Both the position numbers and the translations under genes were made by a program. From Candidatus Saccharimonadota bacterium (GTDB lineage Bacteria > Patescibacteriota > Gracilibacteria > UBA4473): a DNA stretch of 32,000 nucleotides. Positions within the stretch are counted from its first letter, which is position 1. Each line of letters begins with the position of its first letter. Positions 1-7,590 of this stretch are shown here, piece after piece. The DNA is taken from NCBI GenBank assembly GCA_965228485.1, contig OZ245819.1, forward strand, positions 330,001 to 362,000. Reading direction: 5' to 3'. A model generated the notes under the pieces. It saw nothing but the letters and a program-made list of their open reading frames with translations, ran no database searches and had not been told where the DNA came from.

Positions 1-3000
1 TTTAATACTTAAACTTGTTTTTATATTATCAGCCACTGAACTTGCTGACCCTGTTCCAGCAGTTCCATGAAGAACAACATGCTGTAATTTTTTACCTTTA
101 GGGCGAGCCCAATTACAATAGTTGGGAGCATATTTCGCAAACTCAACCCATTCTGGCCGGATCACCGTCGCGATTACCCACCCCTCAATTTCCCCAGAAC
201 GAACTTTGTACCAACGACTCGTTTTATATTTATCAATATATTTAACTCCATCTTCAGCTTTTCCTAAAACTACTAACTCACTATTAACTTCTGGAATAGT
301 TACTAATATTTTAGAATTCTGACTCTTGGCTTCGTAAATCTTCACCCCTTTGATACTCGTTTTAAATTTTCTCTCTTCGATTTCTTTAGGCTCAGATATT
401 AACGGAATTTTCGCCCCTTCAACAAAGACATCATTTCTCAATACTCTAAGCCCAACATTGTTATCTTTAAGCGTCTCATAATCACCTTTAAATAGAACTT
501 TATAAACTTTAAAGCTATCAACTAAAACTTCTGATTCAAAAGGTTCAATTACCCACTCATCTTCCTCTATTAAAATATCTGAAATTAATTTCCACCTCCA
601 ATCAGAATACAATATATCCCATTTTCTTTTTCCAGTGTTTTTAAGTTCTACAAACCACTTGCAATGCAATTCACTACAATCTACTTCTGAAACTTTGTAA
701 TCATAACTGTAATCTCCTGCTTCGGATTCTAAATCTATTAACCATGAAACAACTTTTTGAATAAGTACTTTCCCTTGTTTGTTTTTAATAACAAAGCTTC
801 TTTCTGACGACTCATTGTAATCAAATAAACTTGTTTTTAAATATGGAGAAATATCTGATTTTATAGTCTCCTCCCAAATACCACTCCCTTTTGTCCATTG
901 GTACTTGGCAATAGCACTTTTAGAAGTTATATCTTCTGAATCTGGATGAGAAAAATTAAGATTTAAATTTTCTCCCTTCTTAGGGTAATCTTCTGTTTGA
1001 TCTTCAAAGATAATAAATGAATATTCCCAAATTCTTCTTTCTCCGTCATTTTCTTTGAGGGTAAATTCTATTTGGTTTTCGCAGCTATCAACGGCCTCTA
1101 TTTCTACCACTTCACTCAAATCTGAGGATTTATTGTTTGAGCCAACTGATATCCCCCCTAAATGAGTATAGGCTTCATTGAGTGAGCCTACTTTGTAAGA
1201 AACAAACCCATTTCCTTGATCTTGATAGTTATCAAGCGTAAGTGAGGTTTTTTGAGATGAAATATCTTCTCGAGATTGGCCAACGTAAACTTTTACTTGC
1301 TCTGCTTTATAGGGTTTATAAAAATTTAGATAAAGACTTTCTTCACACTGTAGGGCTCGAATTTGAGAAATTTTTTCTGGAGGTTTACTTCCACCACCAG
1401 ATACAACGGCTTCACTGAGTGTTTCTGGCATAATTTCTGACCCTAATACTCCCATTACGGCATGATCGTTTTCTGCTTCAATCCAGTAGGAAAAATCTCC
1501 ATCAGGAAAGGTCGTTCGATCAATCGTAATATTGAATTCATCAGGATTTATTGTTGGAACAAGGTTTGTCTGGCAGGTTCCAGTATTACAGGTATAGAAA
1601 ATCTCTGCCCGATTCAACTCTTGAGTACTAACAATAGTAACCGTTATTGTCGGGTCACCGCCATTTGCCCAATCGGTTGAATCTGTTACCAACGTAATAA
1701 CGGGCGCATCTAATTCGTGACCTGTTGGTGAATTTATAAATTGAACCGTACTAAAACTGGAATAAGAATCATCAACAAACTTTGTCCGATATCTCCAATA
1801 CCAATCCTGGCTCACCTTACTGTCAATATTATAAAAGTTATCCGTCAGAACAATCGCCGGATCCCAGGAGTTATACAGTGAAGCAAATTCTAATTCATAC
1901 TCAACCGCTCCTGGATCATCTACCCAGCGAACAAATGTATCATTAGGCGTATAAGTAGGACCTGTATTTAGAAAATCTTTAAGAACATTAATATTCGCGC
2001 CAGTAACAGTGCCTAACTGCTGGAAATCTCCAGCTACACGAGCGTCAACTCTCCCCGCAATATTATCTTGAATTGTTCCGTTATTGGTTAAGTTGCCACC
2101 TACCTCTAAATACCGATACCGTAAAACGCTGCTCGATTGAGCCGTTAAGATTCCTCCGGCGGCAATTTCTAAATCTCCAGTGATCCGAATTGGATCGAGC
2201 TCGGTAGAGTTATAAATTTGAACAGCATCTCCGGTTACCAAAACTTTTTCTGCCTGAATCTCAGCTCTAATTGACTGAAAATTATCACCGGCTAATTCGA
2301 CAACACCGGCACCAGTGGTTCTAAAAATATCTTTTATATCCTGATGTATTTTTAACGTACGACCGCTAGAAAGCGTAACGGTACTATTATTTTTTTGTGT
2401 TATCTCTCCGGTAAACTCCCAATCTTCTTGAGGCGTTACATCTACTTCTAAAAAGACATCACTAGCCATCAGTTCTGTTCCAATAAGAGATTTATTACCA
2501 GCCCCTAGAACATAAAGCTCATTTGCGGACCAAACGCCTTGGTTGTCGATATCTCCTTCTGCCCTGATAGTATAAGGATCAAAATTTCCTGTTGTTTGGA
2601 GTTTTCCCTGAACCGTTAAATTCAAACGCCCAGCCCCTTGATCTTGAACCGTCCCATTATTGGTTAAATCCCCCTGAACTTCCAAATAACGATAAGTCAA
2701 TGAGGCCGCAGAATGTGCCGTCAAAACTCCCCCACTCGCCACTTCCAGGTCTCCAGTAATTGTAATCGGATTTAGTTCTGTAGAATTATAGACTCTAATG
2801 TCGGTTCCTGTAATGAGAACTTTTTCAGCTTCAATGGTAGAACGAATTTCTTGAAAATTAGTCCCCGTTAACTCTACTGTTCCAGAACCTGTAGTCACGA
2901 AATCATTTCTAATCCCATGAGATAACTTTAAAACTCTTCCGCTGGTAAAATTAATTTTACTCCCATTGTTTTGGTTTATTTCGCCACTAAATTCCCAATC

Positions 3001-3543
3001 TTCCTCAGGCGTTACATCTACTTCAAAATAGATATCACTTGGCATTCCCGCCGTTCCTAAAAAACTACGATTTCCACTTCCTCCTTCCACATAAATTTCA
3101 TTTACCCCCCAGGTTCCCTGATTATCAATATCACCTTGAGTCCGTAACACATAAGGGTCAAAGTTTCCAGTTGTCTGTAGGTTTCCCTGAACCGTTAAAT
3201 TCAAACGCCCAGCCCCTTGATCTTGAACCGTCCCATTGTTTAGTAGGTTACCAACCACCTCAATATAATAATTTCGGATAACACTAAAGTCTCTACTCCT
3301 TAAAATCCCTCCCGAGTTTATCTGCACATTGTTAACCTTAACTGGATTATTTGAATCTGATGTATAGATATCGACTGGTCCCAGGATCAGAACATCGTCA
3401 TTTTCTCCTGGAACGGCTATTTCCTCCCAAGTCGTCGGATCCTCCCAATTTCCTCCTGCTAAAGTAGAAGTAAATGTTGCGGCTTGTGCAAAATTGAACA
3501 ATCCTCCTATCAAAAATAAACTCTTCCCCAATCCAAATCTCAT
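1..3543 (-). CDS. Giant secreted repeat protein, partial (3' end lies beyond the left edge). Signal peptide, about three 193-aa beta-helix-like repeats, Ig/FN3-like middle region, SH3b-like segment and a possible amidase-like C-terminal start.
   Basis: Absent from the ORF track because it is truncated by the window edge. Hand translation of the minus strand from ATG (3543-3541) stays open in frame to base 1: MRFGLGKSLFLIGGLFNFAQAATF... (signal-like N-terminus). Repeats contain NNGTVQDQGAGRLNLTVQG. Near the C-terminus, GVKIYEAKSQNSKILV...SRWYKVRSGEIEGWV resembles SH3b, followed by KLQHVVLHGTAGTGSA. Only short ORFs occur in the other frames over 3.5 kb. Confidence 0.8.
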   Translation of the reverse strand, partial: MRFGLGKSLFLIGGLFNFAQAATFTSTLAGGNWEDPTTWEEIAVPGENDDVLILGPVDIYTSDSNNPVKVNNVQINSGGILRSRDFSVIRNYYIEVVGNLLNNGTVQDQGAGRLNLTVQGNLQTTGNFDPYVLRTQGDIDNQGTWGVNEIYVEGGSGNRSFLGTAGMPSDIYFEVDVTPEEDWEFSGEINQNNGSKINFTSGRVLKLSHGIRNDFVTTGSGTVELTGTNFQEIRSTIEAEKVLITGTDIRVYNSTELNPITITGDLEVASGGVLTAHSAASLTYRYLEVQGDLTNNGTVQDQGAGRLNLTVQGKLQTTGNFDPYTIRAEGDIDNQGVWSANELYVLGAGNKSLIGTELMASDVFLEVDVTPQEDWEFTGEITQKNNSTVTLSSGRTLKIHQDIKDIFRTTGAGVVELAGDNFQSIRAEIQAEKVLVTGDAVQIYNSTELDPIRITGDLEIAAGGILTAQSSSVLRYRYLEVGGNLTNNGTIQDNIAGRVDARVAGDFQQLGTVTGANINVLKDFLNTGPTYTPNDTFVRWVDDPGAVEYELEFASLYNSWDPAIVLTDNFYNIDSKVSQDWYWRYRTKFVDDSYSSFSTVQFINSPTGHELDAPVITLVTDSTDWANGGDPTITVTIVSTQELNRAEIFYTCNTGTCQTNLVPTINPDEFNITIDRTTFPDGDFSYWIEAENDHAVMGVLGSEIMPETLSEAVVSGGGSKPPEKISQIRALQCEESLYLNFYKPYKAEQVKVYVGQSREDISSQKTSLTLDNYQDQGNGFVSYKVGSLNEAYTHLGGISVGSNNKSSDLSEVVEIEAVDSCENQIEFTLKENDGERRIWEYSFIIFEDQTEDYPKKGENLNLNFSHPDSEDITSKSAIAKYQWTKGSGIWEETIKSDISPYLKTSLFDYNESSERSFVIKNKQGKVLIQKVVSWLIDLESEAGDYSYDYKVSEVDCSELHCKWFVELKNTGKRKWDILYSDWRWKLISDILIEEDEWVIEPFESEVLVDSFKVYKVLFKGDYETLKDNNVGLRVLRNDVFVEGAKIPLISEPKEIEERKFKTSIKGVKIYEAKSQNSKILVTIPEVNSELVVLGKAEDGVKYIDKYKTSRWYKVRSGEIEGWVIATVIRPEWVEFAKYAPNYCNWARPKGKKLQHVVLHGTAGTGSASSVADNIKTSLSIK
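1990..3325. repeat. Tandem coding repeat with 579-bp (193-aa) period, about 2.3 copies, inside the 1..3543 CDS
   Basis: The string accgttaaattcaaacgcccagccccttgatcttgaaccgtcccatt occurs at 3191 and again at 2612 (offset 579). A third, diverged copy starts near 2167. The protein copies align over their whole length (SGGIL...ITGDLEVA / SGGVL...ITGDLEIA / AGGIL...). Confidence 0.8.
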
Positions 3544-3599
3544 TACTCTCTATTTAGAGATTGAGTATTATTTTGTTTAGCCCCAAACCTAATTAATTC

Positions 3600-4232
3600 T
3601 TAATCTTTAGGCTGAAAAATTTGAACCGCAGATTGTCCCGTAACTTTTTTGATATGCTCACCAATTCTCATAACTGGTACTCCAACGATATTTTGGAAGT
3701 CTCCATTCAAAGTTTCTAAGAAAAATATTCCTGGCCCTAAAATAGAATAAGCCCCACATTTCCCTGCCCAGTCTCCAAACTCAAGATAATCTTCAATTTC
3801 AACTTCTGTTACATCATTTCTAAACATAACATTTGTAGATTGGAAATCCGTAATTTGAAAATTCTCCCCCTTATAAGATCCTATCAAAGCAAAACCCGAA
3901 ACAATATTCTGAGGTTTTCCAATAAATGACTTTAACATTGTTTTCGCCTCTTCTTTATCTTGGGCTTTCCCCAGACTTTGTCCCTCAAACTCTATCATCG
4001 AGTCAAACCCCATAATCAGATAGTCTTCATCAATATCTAGGGAATCTTTCACCGACATGGCTTTCCCAACAGCAAATTCTTGAACCTGATCATAAGGTCC
4101 AATATTCCGATTTATAATCTCTTCATAATCTGGAGCAATCGCTTGATATTCGATTCCCATCCGATCAAAAAGTTCTCGTCTATTGGGTGATGTCGAAGCT
4201 AAAATAATCTTCATCCCTCCCATAATAGTCAT
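3600..4232 (-). CDS. maf: Maf-like nucleoside triphosphate pyrophosphatase / septum formation protein
   Basis: KIILASTSPNRRELFDRMGIEYQAIAPDYEE... matches the Maf/YhdE family over its full length. The start is trimmed from the track's 4310, because the extension MINRHFFVIISRNYNS covers both divergent promoters. ATGs at 4232, 4223 and 4214 are all possible starts. Confidence 0.85.
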   Translation of the reverse strand: MTIMGGMKIILASTSPNRRELFDRMGIEYQAIAPDYEEIINRNIGPYDQVQEFAVGKAMSVKDSLDIDEDYLIMGFDSMIEFEGQSLGKAQDKEEAKTMLKSFIGKPQNIVSGFALIGSYKGENFQITDFQSTNVMFRNDVTEVEIEDYLEFGDWAGKCGAYSILGPGIFFLETLNGDFQNIVGVPVMRIGEHIKKVTGQSAVQIFQPKD

Positions 4233-4244
4233 CTTTTTAAAAGA

Positions 4245-4273
4245 TTGAAAAAAAAGTGTTTTTGAGTTATAAT
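4245..4273 (+). promoter_or_regulatory. Sigma70-type promoter for the 4296 CDS
   Basis: TTGAAA (4245-4250), 17-nt spacer, perfect TATAAT (4268-4273), 22 nt upstream of the ATG at 4296. Confidence 0.6.
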
Positions 4274-4281
4274 TACGAGAT

Positions 4282-4290
4282 ATTATAACA
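4282..4290 (-). promoter_or_regulatory. Extended -10 promoter element (TGTTATAAT) for maf
   Basis: The minus strand reads TGTTATAAT (plus strand attataaca, 4282-4290), about 50 nt upstream of the maf start candidates. Confidence 0.45.
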
Positions 4291-4295
4291 AAAAA

Positions 4296-5129
4296 ATGAC
4301 GATTGATCACGAACCGAAATCACTAGAAATCAAACGATTTCCTCACCAATCACATGAAACTGAAGTTCCAGTTATTATCGATGAAGGCTTAAATGCCCAA
4401 TCTAGACTAAAAATTGGAACTAAGTTATATGTTAAGCCAGAATTAAGGCACCAACTTGCTCCTGATAATAGGAAAACACTGCCTCTTTATTATGAAGTTG
4501 TTGGCTTTTCTTACGACTCTTCTGATACCTTTGATCAATCTAATGAGGATATACAAAACAAGTATCGAAGAATTGGAACTCGAGGATTGTGTATTTACGC
4601 CAGAGCTGTAGGAGAAACCAAACTCGATTACAGTCGTTCTATTCGTGAAAATTTAGGTGAGGGAGGCGTCTATAAACTAGCTAACTTTGGTGAAGGACCT
4701 GAAGATTTAGGTGATTTTTTATCACTCGATGCTCCGGGAAATGTGCAAAATGAAATAGAGGCAACAAGTAGATATACTCTTGTCTGTCTAGAAACAGACG
4801 ATCCAACGGTCAGAATTTTATTAGAAGTTTTTCAGGGAGCCGAACGGCTTTCCCAGAATGAAAATATTTCAAAACAAGAAGTAGAAGCACTCGTCCATAA
4901 GCTAGAGGCTATTACAAATGTGCAATCTGGACAACATAATCGAGACGCCTGGGAGCGAGTGTTTGAAGCAACACTTAAAGCCTTTGAATTACAAGGAAAA
5001 ACTTTTGATGCTATTGGTATAGATAACCAAGCCATTCAACTTCTCAGAGACGGACGCCGAAATTTAGCTGGATTTAACACTAGAGAAGTTCAGTCTGTAA
5101 TTGAGATTATGCTATCAGAACTAGAGTAA
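4296..5129 (+). CDS. Hypothetical cytoplasmic protein, 277 aa, no family recognised
   Basis: Long ORF with host-like composition, an ATG start and an upstream consensus promoter. Its 3' end overlaps the convergent uppP by 23 nt. Confidence 0.65.
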   Translation: MTIDHEPKSLEIKRFPHQSHETEVPVIIDEGLNAQSRLKIGTKLYVKPELRHQLAPDNRKTLPLYYEVVGFSYDSSDTFDQSNEDIQNKYRRIGTRGLCIYARAVGETKLDYSRSIRENLGEGGVYKLANFGEGPEDLGDFLSLDAPGNVQNEIEATSRYTLVCLETDDPTVRILLEVFQGAERLSQNENISKQEVEALVHKLEAITNVQSGQHNRDAWERVFEATLKAFELQGKTFDAIGIDNQAIQLLRDGRRNLAGFNTREVQSVIEIMLSELE

Positions 5130-5886
5130 TTGCTACGACAAAACAATACGGAGCAAACCACATCCACTTAGTCTCAACCCAATTTTTCATCCAAAAGATT
5201 GCTCCTGTCGCCGCACAGAAGGCCACTCCACATCCAATCCATTGAGATAATGAGAGTGTCAGCTGCCAATCATTGCCTTTAAGCATAAATACCCCTGCAC
5301 CGAGAATTGTTGGAATGGAAAGAAGAAAAGAAATATCCGCCGCTTCTTTTCGTTTTACTCCTGTACTCAGTAAGTACGCAATCGTTATTCCTGAACGAGA
5401 AATTCCCGGGATTACTGCCAAACCTTGGGATATCCCCAGCAATACACTACTCCCCCATGATAAAGAAGTCGTATTTTTTTTCTGAGATAAAAGTTCTGAT
5501 ACAAGTATTAAAATTCCAGTTAAGACAAGCGTAACAGCTACTGTTTGTAGGTTTAAGATCGTTTCAAAATAAGGCTCTATTAAAAGTGCTACGATAACCG
5601 TGACTAATGTGGCGAGTATTAATTGCCAGGCTAAAATAGCTTTTATGTTCTTTTCTCGAGGATTTAAAAACCATCGAACCCAAGCGATTAGAAGATCAAA
5701 TATTTTTCGCCAATAGACCAAAACTACGGCCCCTAAAGTGGCGATATGCAGGGCTATCATAAAATCTATATTGGGTTCTAGTCCTAGAAAATACTCTCCT
5801 AAAAAAAGGTGACCACTTGAGGAAATCGGCAAAAACTCAGCCAGTCCCTGAACTAATCCCAAAATAATCCCCTGCCAAACTTCCAT
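5107..5886 (-). CDS. uppP: Undecaprenyl-diphosphate phosphatase
   Basis: MEVWQGIILGLVQGLAEFLPISSSGHL... and ...PGISRSG... are UppP/BacA signatures. The protein is polytopic and hydrophobic throughout. Confidence 0.9.
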   Translation of the reverse strand: MEVWQGIILGLVQGLAEFLPISSSGHLFLGEYFLGLEPNIDFMIALHIATLGAVVLVYWRKIFDLLIAWVRWFLNPREKNIKAILAWQLILATLVTVIVALLIEPYFETILNLQTVAVTLVLTGILILVSELLSQKKNTTSLSWGSSVLLGISQGLAVIPGISRSGITIAYLLSTGVKRKEAADISFLLSIPTILGAGVFMLKGNDWQLTLSLSQWIGCGVAFCAATGAIFWMKNWVETKWMWFAPYCFVVAITLVLIA

Positions 5887-5931
5887 GACTAGAACTATAA
5901 TAAAAATATTTAAAAAATCTATAAAGAAGTA

Positions 5932-5957
5932 GGACGAGAGGTGTGACCCTCTCGTCC
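5932..5957 (-). terminator. Hairpin terminator closing the small basic-ORF transcription unit
   Basis: 10-bp GC-rich stem ggacgagagg / cctctcgtcc with a 6-nt loop. On the minus strand it is followed by the U-rich tract UACUUCUUUAUAGAUUUUUU. Confidence 0.5.
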
Positions 5958-5974
5958 CGAGAGATCACGAGATA

Positions 5975-6121
5975 TTACTTCCGTCTACGACCTTTGTCGG
6001 GCTTTTTCGGACGTTTTTTGCCAGCATGAGGTCCAGACTTGGACACCCAACCGCCTTTTCGGGCGGCCTTGGTTCCACCACCAGGTCTTCCCCGGCGGCC
6101 TGAATGATTTCTTGTGGCCAT
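5975..6121 (-). CDS. Small, highly basic protein (48 aa), hand-called
   Basis: ATG at 6121 is preceded by AAGGA 6 nt upstream. Product: MATRNHSGRRGRPGGGTKAARKGGWVSKSGPHAGKKRPKKPDKGRRRK, ending in TAA at 5977-5975. It is below the track's size cutoff. A competing 72-aa ORF in another frame exists at 5965..6183. Confidence 0.35.
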   Translation of the reverse strand: MATRNHSGRRGRPGGGTKAARKGGWVSKSGPHAGKKRPKKPDKGRRRK

Positions 6122-6124
6122 GTT

Positions 6125-6265
6125 TTATCCTTGCCTTTCAAGCTGTCGGCGTTTACTCCGTCCCGGTTTGCTATTGCGGGCACGCCCGCATTTGCCTTTT
6201 ACGATGGGACGAGGCCCACCGCTTTTTTTCCGTCCACGGGGTTCACGCTGCTTGCTTTTTGTCAT
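6125..6265 (-). CDS. Small, highly basic protein (46 aa), hand-called
   Basis: ATG at 6265 with GGAG 11 nt upstream. Product: MTKSKQREPRGRKKSGGPRPIVKGKCGRARNSKPGRSKRRQLERQG, ending in TAA at 6127-6125. It is in the same frame as the 5975..6121 ORF, separated only by TAA-AAC. Confidence 0.35.
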   Translation of the reverse strand: MTKSKQREPRGRKKSGGPRPIVKGKCGRARNSKPGRSKRRQLERQG

Positions 6266-6461
6266 AATTAGACCGCTCCTGTCGGATAGATTATGCCGTC
6301 TTACTCCCCCACCAGAGATGCGGCTATAAATCTTTGCTAAAAAAACTTATAGCCACATCTAAGGGTTCAGTCGTAACGAAAATGAAAAGATCGTCGTGGC
6401 TTACGGTTCTTCTTAAGCATTAGGATAAAGCCTACGCTTAAAAAATGTCATAAGCATGTGG

Positions 6462-6490
6462 ATTATAACATTTATTTTGAAATTTTACAA
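6462..6490 (-). promoter_or_regulatory. Sigma70-type promoter driving a ~190-nt leader plus the small basic ORFs
   Basis: The minus strand reads TTGTAA (6490-6485), 17-nt spacer, perfect TATAAT (6467-6462). Confidence 0.55.
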
Positions 6491-6511
6491 ATATAATATT
6501 TATTTTAAATT

Positions 6512-6554
6512 AAACAAAAAAGGAGCCGAGACAGTAAACAAATACTGCCTCGAC
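6512..6554 (-). terminator. Rho-independent terminator of the 211-aa Arg-rich gene
   Basis: The minus strand reads GTCGAGGCAGTA-TTTGTT-TACTGTCTCGGC followed by TCCTTTTTTGTTT, about 40 nt after the stop at 6591. Confidence 0.7.
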
Positions 6555-6590
6555 TAACCCCTTTCAAAACTGTTTCAGGTCAAAAGCTGA

Positions 6591-7226
6591 TCAAGCGATC
6601 TGGCTCCCAAGCACCGGCAAAAGTGCAAAAATGGAGACCGTGCTCGCCAAAAGCATCATCGATATCGCCTGTGCGCCCCGAGGGAAACTCAGTGCGAAAA
6701 GGAAATTGCCCCTGAACGACTGAGGGAACCGCAACTGCAGTTCGATCTGGTTCGCCAGCATGTTACGCGCATAGCAAGCCAGGTCATACAGCACCTGACG
6801 ATCCCTCGCCACTGGTTCCCAACGTGCCGCCATAGGACAGCACGCCGCAAAGGAGGCCATTCTGGATTTGCTCTCTGCATAACGACGACGACCGGTCGGT
6901 ACGACATCGCAAGGCCCCACGAACTTACGTTCGGCGCCATAGTTGCAATGAGCAATCTGCCCCCGTTTGAATTTCCTCGGTGTGAAATTTTTGGTGGATT
7001 TGACGATTTTTCCCATGGCGATGGCGCGAGCCTTGCCATAGCGAGCATGGCGCCGTGCCGCAGCACGACGAACGCCAAACGGTTTCTTGTTCGGGCTGAT
7101 CAGGCGATAAGCGTTCTGCTTCGCCTTCCCAAATTTAACCCCTCCTCTCCCACGTCTGGAACGGTTTGAAGAGCCTTCTAGGCCCATTTTTTTAGCAACT
7201 TTGTTGCCGAGTCCTCTTCGAGACAT
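6591..7226 (-). CDS. Arg/Lys-rich protein with a C-terminal hydrophobic helix, 211 aa, no family recognised, compositionally foreign
   Basis: ATG with GAGGA 7-8 nt upstream. The N-terminal ~100 aa are extremely basic (MSRRGLGNKVAKKMG...RSRRGRGG...RRAAARRHARYGKARA). A Cys-containing core (HCNYG...GPCD...AACCP) follows. The C-terminus AISMMLLASTVSIFALLPVLG is TM-like. Codons are rich in CTG/GCG/CGT and the stop is TGA. Confidence 0.6.
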   Translation of the reverse strand: MSRRGLGNKVAKKMGLEGSSNRSRRGRGGVKFGKAKQNAYRLISPNKKPFGVRRAAARRHARYGKARAIAMGKIVKSTKNFTPRKFKRGQIAHCNYGAERKFVGPCDVVPTGRRRYAESKSRMASFAACCPMAARWEPVARDRQVLYDLACYARNMLANQIELQLRFPQSFRGNFLFALSFPRGAQAISMMLLASTVSIFALLPVLGSQIA

Positions 7227-7550
7227 TGTTCTATCCTCATTGATTTTAATTTTTGCCTGTAGCTTTTAAATGCTTCAGACTGCTCGTGACATCGACTTCC
7301 TCCCAAAAGGCAATCGACATCATAACAGCCTGAAACGATATTAAACAGTATAGTCTGAAAGGTCTCACTTCTCTTGTAAATGGAACTCTCTCAATCCTAG
7401 AAAGATAAGAAAAAACACGAAAATACAACAAAAATGAAGCGAATCAGACTATTTTAAAGCAACAAAATTTCAAAGATCGGTTATCAAATGCATTAACTTA
7501 TTAGTTAACTTGACTCTCCAGTAAATATTAATGCAAATTTAACCTATTTA

Positions 7551-7580
7551 ATAAAAAACTGATATTTTGTAAAGAATATC
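7551..7580 (-). terminator. Weak AU-rich terminator hairpin after the 7591..8388 gene
   Basis: The minus strand reads GAUAUU-CUUUACA-AAUAUC followed by AGUUUUUU, immediately after the stop. Confidence 0.35.
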
Positions 7581-7590
7581 CTATTAAAAA

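Noticed and set aside
3600-4310. Track's long form of the Maf ORF, starting at 4310
   Set aside because: The extra 26-32 residues (MINRHFFVIISRNYNSKTLFFQSFKK) are not Maf-like. They also overlap both divergent promoters (4245-4273 plus strand, 4282-4290 minus strand) and the start of the 4296 gene. The start was moved to 4232, with 4214 also possible.
5965-6183. 72-aa ORF (GTG start) in the GC-rich island
   Set aside because: It overlaps the two SD-preceded ATG mini-ORFs in another frame, starts with GTG and has a poor SD. GC-rich DNA gives open frames by chance. It is kept only as an alternative hypothesis in the findings.
6689-7078. 129-aa minus-strand ORF, plus the plus-strand ORFs at 6114..6329 and 6948..7169
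   Set aside because: These are shadow ORFs inside or antisense to the 211-aa gene in GC-rich sequence. Their products look nonsensical (Cys/Trp/Arg-rich) and they have no start context.
5887-7440. Terminal inverted or direct repeats flanking the GC-rich island, as expected for an IS or integrative element
   Set aside because: Only a 7-nt inverted match (TCACGAG / CTCGTGA, at 5965-5971 and 7296-7302) was seen, which is too short to be meaningful. No transposase, integrase or tRNA-adjacent att site is present.
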